Below, piece after piece: positions 48,902-56,155 of a DNA stretch of 64,000 nt. This stretch comes from Bdellovibrionota bacterium. GTDB lineage: Bacteria; Bdellovibrionota_C; UBA2361; CALJRW01. The position numbers were made by a program, and so were the translations under genes. The stretch spans positions 64,001 to 128,000 of the forward strand of contig JBGSMD010000051.1 in the NCBI GenBank assembly GCA_041740355.1, given 5' to 3'. Positions within the stretch are counted from its first letter, which is position 1; each line of letters begins with the position of its first letter. Below the pieces are notes generated by a model. That model had not been told where the DNA came from, did not search any database, and saw only the letters and a list, made by a program, of their open reading frames with translations.

Positions 48902-50641
48902 ATGAATGACCTGCGAACTAAACTGATAATTACCCTAGAAAGTACCTGCAATTTATCAAAAGTAGAGCTTGATAAGTTAATTAGCCTGCCGAAAGAAATT
49001 AAAAATGGTGATTATTCATTTCCTTGTTTTTTATTAGCCAAACAAACGGGAGAAAACCCAGCTGCTCTAGCTCAAAAACTTAAAATTACCCTTGAACTAC
49101 CTACAGGGTTCCATAAAGTAGAGGCAGTAGGACCATACTTAAATTTCTTTATCGATCGACAAGTTGAAACAAATCGAGTTATTCAAGAAATCCTGACCAA
49201 GAAACTGAACTACGGTAAAGGAGATCATCAGGCTGAAACAATTATCATTGATTACTCGGGACCAAACATAGCTAAGCCCTTTCACGTCGGCCATCTACGA
49301 ACAACAATTATTGGCTTTGCTCTTTATAATGTTTTTAAACATCTGGGCTTTCAAACTTTTGGTATCAATCACTTAGGTGATTGGGGAACTCAATTTGGAT
49401 TTGTGTATGCTGGTTGTAAGATTTGGGGACGGCCAAGCGAAGATTCAATCGAGGCATTAGTTAAACTTTACATTGAAGCTAATACCCTGCGGAAAGCTCA
49501 AGATGAAAATCAATTAACTGCTGAACAAACAGAATATCCTAATGTTAATGAAATGGCCCGGGACTATTTTATTCGTTTGGAAAACGGAGACAAGGAAGCC
49601 GTTGAGTTTTGGCAATGGTGTTTAGATATTAGCTTAGTTTATCTAAAAGCAACCTATAAAACATTAGGTATAGATTTTGATTTCTACACAGGTGAATCTT
49701 TTTACATTCCAATGTTTCCGCAGATTAAAGAAACTTTAGAAGCGAGCGGTTTACTAACAGAGTCCCGAGGAGCAATTGGGATTGAGTTAGATGAAAAATT
49801 AGGTTTTGCTAGATTACTAACTCCTGATGGACGCTCACTTTATTTAACTAGAGATGTAATTACCGCCGACTACCGCGAAAAAACTTTTCAACCTAAAAAA
49901 ATCATTTACGTCGTGGGAGCTCCTCAAACTCTTCATTTTCAACAGCTTGTTGCCGTAATGCAAAAGATGAGTCACCCAGTTGCGGATAAGATTATTCACA
50001 TTCCTTACGGACACGTTCCTGGAATTAGCACACGAGCTCTGAAAGATAGTGATGGCAGTTTATCCTTGACAGCTTTAATTGAGGAAGGAAGTTCTCGTGC
50101 CCTAGAAACATATCAACAAAGTGTCAGCTCAAGACCAGAGAACATAGATGAAAATGCGATTGCTAAATCTGTTTCGCTAGGAGCAATTTATTTTAATTAT
50201 TTATCACGAACTAATAATAAGGATTTCCATTTTAATTGGGAAGAAGCCTTAAGTTTTCAAGGAGATACGGGGCCATATTTGCTTTATGCCTTAGCTCGAA
50301 TCAATAGCATGATTCAGAAAGCCAGTAATAGTGCTATTACTTTTAATCCAGAGACGGACTTCAAAGTATTAAACACTGATGAAACCTACGAAACTATCAA
50401 ACACTTAAATAGCTTCCAAGATATTCTCTACAAAATATCGGAAGACTACGAGCCAAACCACTTAGCGCAATATGCACTAAGTTTGGCAAAACTAGTTTCT
50501 CGCAATTACAATCAACTTAGAGTAGTTGGAGAAACAGATAAGAATCTAGCAGAAGCACGATTAGGACTTTTTACTGCATGTAAATATGTGTTAGAAATAT
50601 CAATCAAACTGCTTGGAATTCCACCACTTGAAAGAATGTAG
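48902..50641 (+). CDS. argS: Arginine--tRNA ligase
   Basis: GDYSFP, PNIAKPFHVGHLR (HIGH), NHLGDWGTQFG, GDTGPYL.Y..AR, C-terminal ERM. Confidence 0.96.
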   Translation: MNDLRTKLIITLESTCNLSKVELDKLISLPKEIKNGDYSFPCFLLAKQTGENPAALAQKLKITLELPTGFHKVEAVGPYLNFFIDRQVETNRVIQEILTKKLNYGKGDHQAETIIIDYSGPNIAKPFHVGHLRTTIIGFALYNVFKHLGFQTFGINHLGDWGTQFGFVYAGCKIWGRPSEDSIEALVKLYIEANTLRKAQDENQLTAEQTEYPNVNEMARDYFIRLENGDKEAVEFWQWCLDISLVYLKATYKTLGIDFDFYTGESFYIPMFPQIKETLEASGLLTESRGAIGIELDEKLGFARLLTPDGRSLYLTRDVITADYREKTFQPKKIIYVVGAPQTLHFQQLVAVMQKMSHPVADKIIHIPYGHVPGISTRALKDSDGSLSLTALIEEGSSRALETYQQSVSSRPENIDENAIAKSVSLGAIYFNYLSRTNNKDFHFNWEEALSFQGDTGPYLLYALARINSMIQKASNSAITFNPETDFKVLNTDETYETIKHLNSFQDILYKISEDYEPNHLAQYALSLAKLVSRNYNQLRVVGETDKNLAEARLGLFTACKYVLEISIKLLGIPPLERM

Positions 50642-50660
50642 TGTCGCTTAGCGACACTAC
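50638..50660. terminator. Perfect hairpin overlapping argS stop
   Basis: GTAGTGTCGC-TTA-GCGACACTAC, 10-bp stem. Confidence 0.5.
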
Positions 50661-50756
50661 CACGTCGTAGCCTTTGGCGAACGAGACGGGCTTGCCATGT
50701 CGAAGCTTTAGGCGAATGAGACGGGCTTGCCACGTCGAAGCTTTAGCGTAGACGGG
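50660..50756. repeat. GC-rich 35-nt tandem REP-like repeat (about 2.8 copies)
   Basis: CCACGTCGTAGCCTTTGGCGAACGAGACGGGCTTG / CCATGTCGAAGCTTTAGGCGAATGAGACGGGCTTG / CCACGTCGAAGCTTTAGCGTAGACGGG. Confidence 0.85.
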
Positions 50757-50790
50757 TTGTAATGAAATTCTAGCTTTAATAAAAAGTATT

Positions 50791-53232
50791 ATGCAAATCA
50801 TCAAATTCGGCGGATCCTCAGTTGGTAGTGCCATCCGCATCTTAGCAGTTAAAGACATTATCAAAGATAAACTTTCTCAAGATCCGCTCTGCTTAGTAGT
50901 CGTTTCCGCTCTTTCAGGCACCACAGATTTACTTAAAAAATCTGCTGAATTTGCGGTTCAAAAAAAAGGGTTTTCAGAGTTTGTTGAAGAAATCAAAAAC
51001 AAACATTTTAATTGTATTGCCGACTTAGGAATTGATAACCCTGCTTTAATCCTAAGAATCCAGGAAGAAATAAATAATCTAAATGAAAAACTTGTTAGCA
51101 TTAGCTTACTGCAAGATCTAACCAACAAAACTTTAGATCAACTCCTTTGCCTTGGAGAAATCTTTTCCTCGGAAATCGTGGCCAGCCTGTTAACGAAATT
51201 TGACATGCCCGCAGAAGCAATTAATGCTCGAGAGATTATTAAAACTGATAATTCATACTCCTGTGGAATTGTTGACTTTAAATTAAGCAATGAATTAATC
51301 ATTAAGCGTTTTGAAGCTGAGACTGGAGTCAAGGTTATTACTGGCTTTGTTGCTGAAAGTGCTGAAGGAAATTTAATTACTTTAGGTCGTGGAGGATCAG
51401 ACTATACAGCTTCAATTATTGGCGCGGCACTTAATGCCAAAGTAATTGAAATCTGGACCGATGTTGACGGGATGTACACAGCTAATCCTGCAACTGTTAG
51501 TAAAGCTTTTCCGCAAGCCCATCTAACATTTGCCGAAGCAATGGAATTATCACACTTTGGTGCCAAGGTAATTTATCCACCTTCGATTCAGCCTGCGATG
51601 ATTAAGAACATTCCAATCTTAATCAAAAATAGTTTCAATCCTTCTGCTTTAGGAACTGAAATAAGCAATAACAAGCAGGCGAGTCGCCAAAGTATCTGTG
51701 GAATTACTTCCATTGGGCAAACCTCACTTCTTAGATTAGAAGGCTCCGGTTTAGTTGGGGTAAGTGGTACAGCTAGCAGGCTTTTTGCGACCTTAGCCAC
51801 TAGTAAAATTAATGTCATCTTAATTACCCAAGCTTCCTCTGAGCATACAATATGTTTTGCCGTTCAACCCGATCAAGCTTTTCGAGCGAAGGAAACTGTT
51901 GATCAAGAATTTGCACTAGAAATTCAGAGCAACTTAATTAATCCCTTAGTAATCGATCGTGACTTAAGCATTATTTCTATTGTCGGTGAAAACATGAGAA
52001 CGGTTCCTGGCACTGCTGGCAAAATGTTTAATGCCCTCGGTAACAATGGTATAAATATTAACGCCATTGCTCAAGGTTCTTCAGAAATTAATATCTCGGC
52101 AGTAATTGCTCAGAAAGACGAAGACAAGGCACTGAAGGTATTACATGAAGAATTCTTCTTTCCAGATCATAAAACGGTTAATGCCTTTTTAATCGGAACG
52201 GGTTTAATCGGCGAAGAATTAATCAAGCAAATAAAAAATCATAGCGATACACTAGCAACAGAACATGGACATCAAGTCCGAGTTATTGGTTTAGCTAATA
52301 GTCGAAAAATGATTCTAGCAGAAGCTGGTATTAAACCAACAGAATTATCATTAGAGTTACTACTTGCTGGTCAAGATTCTAATCTGGACGAAATTCGTAA
52401 GTTTATTGTTTCTTGTAACTTACCAAACAGCTTAATTGTTGATTGTACAGCCAGCGATGAAATTGCCAGTCATTATCAAAGTTTTCTGGAATCAAAGATT
52501 TCCGTAGTAACTCCTAATAAAAAAGCACAAAGTACTGATTATCTACAATACCTTGAGTTACAGAGAGTTGCTGCTAAACGTGGAGCTAGCTTTATATATG
52601 AAACCAGTGTTGGTGCCGGATTGCCGGTAATTAGTAGTCTAAAGGACTTAATTAAAAGTGGTGATCAGATCCAAAGAATTGAAGCAGTTCTTTCGGGAAC
52701 ATTAAGTTTTATTTTCAATTCATTTGATGGCAGTAAAAGTTTCTCTGCTGTTGTGCTTGATGCGCAAAAAGCTGGATTTACTGAACCAGATCCACGTGAT
52801 GATTTAAATGGACTTGATGTCGCTCGAAAAATTTTGATTCTTGCTCGTGAATGTGGTGCAAATCTAAACTTAAAAGATGTGGTAATAGAAAATTTAGTGC
52901 CTGAAAATTGCCGGGCAACAAATTCAACTGCAGAGTTCTTCCAATTACTTCAGGAATCCGATAGTTACTTCCTAGATAAACTATCCACAGCTCAGAAAAG
53001 AAATTGCAAACTTTGTTACATTGCCAGCTTTGCTGATGGCCAAGCTAAAGTAGAATTAAAAGAAGTAGATCAGGATCACCCCTTTTATAATCTATCTGGT
53101 AGCGACAATATAATTTCGTTTACAAGCGATCGTTACAAACTTCGCCCGCTTGTTGTAAAAGGTCCTGGAGCAGGTGCGGCCGTTACGGCAGCAGGAGTTT
53201 TTGCTGATATCATTAGATTAGCTGGACATTAA
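50791..53232 (+). CDS. thrA: Bifunctional aspartokinase/homoserine dehydrogenase I
   Basis: KFGGSSV, LGRGGSDY, WTDVDG, two ACT domains, YETSVGAGLP, EPDPRDDL, GPGAGA.VTA. Confidence 0.96.
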   Translation: MQIIKFGGSSVGSAIRILAVKDIIKDKLSQDPLCLVVVSALSGTTDLLKKSAEFAVQKKGFSEFVEEIKNKHFNCIADLGIDNPALILRIQEEINNLNEKLVSISLLQDLTNKTLDQLLCLGEIFSSEIVASLLTKFDMPAEAINAREIIKTDNSYSCGIVDFKLSNELIIKRFEAETGVKVITGFVAESAEGNLITLGRGGSDYTASIIGAALNAKVIEIWTDVDGMYTANPATVSKAFPQAHLTFAEAMELSHFGAKVIYPPSIQPAMIKNIPILIKNSFNPSALGTEISNNKQASRQSICGITSIGQTSLLRLEGSGLVGVSGTASRLFATLATSKINVILITQASSEHTICFAVQPDQAFRAKETVDQEFALEIQSNLINPLVIDRDLSIISIVGENMRTVPGTAGKMFNALGNNGININAIAQGSSEINISAVIAQKDEDKALKVLHEEFFFPDHKTVNAFLIGTGLIGEELIKQIKNHSDTLATEHGHQVRVIGLANSRKMILAEAGIKPTELSLELLLAGQDSNLDEIRKFIVSCNLPNSLIVDCTASDEIASHYQSFLESKISVVTPNKKAQSTDYLQYLELQRVAAKRGASFIYETSVGAGLPVISSLKDLIKSGDQIQRIEAVLSGTLSFIFNSFDGSKSFSAVVLDAQKAGFTEPDPRDDLNGLDVARKILILARECGANLNLKDVVIENLVPENCRATNSTAEFFQLLQESDSYFLDKLSTAQKRNCKLCYIASFADGQAKVELKEVDQDHPFYNLSGSDNIISFTSDRYKLRPLVVKGPGAGAAVTAAGVFADIIRLAGH

Positions 53233-53263
53233 CCTACACTAATAAAGTAATCTGAGTTCAAAC

Positions 53264-54559
53264 ATGAAAACCTTTAGTACCAATAACCATTCTGTCTTGT
53301 TTGAGATTGCCGATGCCGTAATGTTAGGGCAAGCTCCAGATGGTGGGCTTTTTATGCCGGAGAATATTCCACAATTATCCTTGGGGCAGTTAAATAGTTT
53401 TAGAAATTCATCCTTCAATGAGATTGCCCTACAAATAAGTAAGCAGTTTTTTTGTCCTGAAATCCCAGAAAACGATCTTAAAAAATTAATTGATCAGGCT
53501 TATGATTTTGATGCTCCTTTAAAAACTGTTGCGAGTGACTTACATTTTCTGGAACTATTTCATGGACCAACTTTAGCTTTCAAAGATTTTGGTGCGCGCT
53601 TTATGGCGCAGTTGATGTCTTATTACCTTAGCCAGAATAATCACAAACTTAATATCTTAGTAGCAACCTCGGGCGATACAGGTAGCGCGGTTGCCGCGGC
53701 ATTCCATAAAGTACCTAATATTAATGTTGTAATTTTATTTCCTAGTGGACGAGTAAGTAAAATTCAGGAAATGCAGTTAACGACTTGGGGAGAGAATATT
53801 CAAGCTTTGGAAATTGATGGAACTTTTGATGATTGCCAACAATTTGTTAAGTCCGCTTTCCAAGATCGAGAATTTAAAAGCAACTTTCAGTTAACTTCTG
53901 CGAACTCAATTAACATTTCTAGATTAATACCTCAGAGTTTTTATTATTTTTATGCTTGGTCAAGACTCTCCGAAAAAAAATCATGTTTTATTGTTCCTAG
54001 TGGGAACTTAGGAAATGTATCAGCCGGAGTCATCGCTCAAAGGATGGGCCTACCTGTTGATCAGTTTATTATCGCAACAAATTCCAATCGAGTTGTTCCT
54101 GATTATTTCGAGTCGGGTAATTTTGAACCAAAGCCCTCTGTTGCTACAATTTCCAATGCTATGGATGTAGGTAATCCCAGCAATCTAATTAGGTTGCAAA
54201 ATATTTTTAAAGGAGAATTTACTAAACTAAAGGAGCTAGTCTCAACTTGCTCTTTTAACGATCAGGAAACCAGCGAAGCAATTAATGAAGTTTATCAAAA
54301 ATATAATTATTTAATCTGCCCGCACACCGCAGTTGGATATCTGGCGGCAAAGGAAGTGCCCTCTGATTATCAGAAGATAGTTCTAGCTACGGCACATCCC
54401 AATAAATTTGCCGATGTCTTAGAAAATGTTCTTGGATTCGAACTTCCAACAAACGAACTATTAGCGCAAGTCGCTCTAAAGCCAACAAGTGCTACAAAGC
54501 TTCCAGCGAACTATCTTACAATTAAGAATTACATTCAGCTCTCTTTAACTGAAAGATAA
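53264..54559 (+). CDS. thrC: Threonine synthase
   Basis: ELFHGPTLAFKDFG, ATSGDTG, SANSIN, VPSGN.GN, ATAHP.KF. Confidence 0.95.
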   Translation: MKTFSTNNHSVLFEIADAVMLGQAPDGGLFMPENIPQLSLGQLNSFRNSSFNEIALQISKQFFCPEIPENDLKKLIDQAYDFDAPLKTVASDLHFLELFHGPTLAFKDFGARFMAQLMSYYLSQNNHKLNILVATSGDTGSAVAAAFHKVPNINVVILFPSGRVSKIQEMQLTTWGENIQALEIDGTFDDCQQFVKSAFQDREFKSNFQLTSANSINISRLIPQSFYYFYAWSRLSEKKSCFIVPSGNLGNVSAGVIAQRMGLPVDQFIIATNSNRVVPDYFESGNFEPKPSVATISNAMDVGNPSNLIRLQNIFKGEFTKLKELVSTCSFNDQETSEAINEVYQKYNYLICPHTAVGYLAAKEVPSDYQKIVLATAHPNKFADVLENVLGFELPTNELLAQVALKPTSATKLPANYLTIKNYIQLSLTER

Positions 54560-54597
54560 ATTTTCTTGGCAATAGATCTCTGATCAAGTAAGTTAGT

Positions 54598-54744
54598 TAT
54601 AGTGATGACAAAAGATTAATTTCGTAAAAATAAATTAACGAAACTTATTTTTATCATCACCATATGATTTTAATTTCCCTCCGAGGGATAGGAAAGCCCC
54701 AAAAAGTAATTTCCTTAGGTAATTAACTTTTTGGACTTTCTATA
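54598..54744 (-). repeat. Dispersed three-hairpin intergenic element, copy 5 (inverted)
   Basis: TATAGTGATGACAAAA..TTTTATCATCAC, TCCCTCCGAGGGA, GAAAGCCCCAAAAAGT..ACTTTTTGGACTTTCTATA. Confidence 0.9.
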
Positions 54745-54773
54745 TAGATTCTAACTTTAATTCCTAATCAGCA

Positions 54774-55334
54774 ATGAAAATTTTAGCTTTCTCAGGTAGT
54801 ACGCGTAAACAATCTTATAATTCCCAACTAATTGCAGTAGCGGCAACGCTGGCTAAAAATGCTGGTGCAGAAGTCACATTGCTTAACTTTGCTGACTACG
54901 AATTGCCGCTTTACAATCAGGATCTAGAAACAGAATCGGGGCTACCTGAAAATTGCTTGAAACTAAAAGAAATTTTTAAAGCACACGAGGGACTACTAAT
55001 CTCCTCACCTGAATATAACTCAGCTATCACACCATTACTGCTAAATACTTTTGATTGGATCTCTCGAAGTTCAGGAGCACAGGATCCGGGACTATCCGCT
55101 TTTAAAGATAAGAAGTGTAGTTTACTCTCCGCCTCACCCGGCCAGCTTGGAGGATTAAGAAGTTTAGTTTTTCTCAAAATGTTTTTAGGAAATATTGGTG
55201 TAACAGTACTTCCAGTTCAGTTTGCGCTAGGCAATGCACACGAAGCATTTAATGACTCGGGTTTACTAATTAATCCGACAGTCGAAAAGAAAGTAAGTAG
55301 TGTTGTAAATGATCTAGTAAAGTCCTTGTCTTAG
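54774..55334 (+). CDS. NADPH-dependent FMN reductase
   Basis: GSTRKQSYN, SPEYN, DWISR, SASPG.LGG.R. Confidence 0.9.
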   Translation: MKILAFSGSTRKQSYNSQLIAVAATLAKNAGAEVTLLNFADYELPLYNQDLETESGLPENCLKLKEIFKAHEGLLISSPEYNSAITPLLLNTFDWISRSSGAQDPGLSAFKDKKCSLLSASPGQLGGLRSLVFLKMFLGNIGVTVLPVQFALGNAHEAFNDSGLLINPTVEKKVSSVVNDLVKSLS

Positions 55335-55359
55335 TTCACACTAGCCATTAACCTGATTT

Positions 55360-55968
55360 TTATTCGCAACGATCAACATCTCTAAATACTAAAGCAATCT
55401 TGCCTACTGATTTGACTGGCTGACCAGATGTATTTATACCTTTTAAGATAAACTTAACATTAGTTGCGCCCGACTCTATTGGTAATGGTCCACGATTTGG
55501 GTATAAAAACTTACTGGCATCTTTGGCTTGTAATAATAAAGCCAACAAGCGGGTCGTCGCTCCTGTATCCACAAAACCGATATTAGCCAAAGAAAGTTTT
55601 TTAGATTTATAAGATTTTTTATTTAACTTAGTAATAAAGAATCTTACGCTGTCAAATCGAATTGCTTGCAGCGAATTATTATAAATGTAAATTCCTGCTA
55701 GCGTATCAAAGAATGGTTCTGGTTTTGGTTTCAGTGGATCATCTGACTGACATAAATTTTGCAAGGTATCAATTGCTAAGTCATGAGATCCTTCACTAAT
55801 CATCCCTTGATCATAAAGTTCTATTTTCATGATTCGAATCGGACGGACTTGTTCAAAGAGTGAATTATCGGAAGGACCAGCAAAAGATAGGCCTGGCAAT
55901 AAGGAAATCGATAGGATTATTAGGAATGCTTTGATTTTCATAAATAATAATATCGACCGCTTAATCAA
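55360..55968 (-). CDS. Exported hypothetical protein
   Basis: Signal peptide ending SFA; two Cys. Confidence 0.6.
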   Translation of the reverse strand: MIKRSILLFMKIKAFLIILSISLLPGLSFAGPSDNSLFEQVRPIRIMKIELYDQGMISEGSHDLAIDTLQNLCQSDDPLKPKPEPFFDTLAGIYIYNNSLQAIRFDSVRFFITKLNKKSYKSKKLSLANIGFVDTGATTRLLALLLQAKDASKFLYPNRGPLPIESGATNVKFILKGINTSGQPVKSVGKIALVFRDVDRCE

Positions 55969-56155
55969 AAAACTTTATACCCTTTAAAGGTATCTTTTAG
56001 GCTTAGCTCCAATGTTAACAACTTAATATAACTGGAATTTTTACCTCAAAGGATTGTTTTAAGATATCAATCGTTGGTAAGTTCAGCTTGTACTAAACTT
56101 AAGTGATTGAAAATCATCTTTTTTTGATTGACTAGGACAAAGGTTCCTCACTATA

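Noticed and set aside
50660-50756. 35-nt repeats as a CRISPR array
   Set aside because: Units are head-to-tail with no unique spacers, and there are no cas genes in the window.
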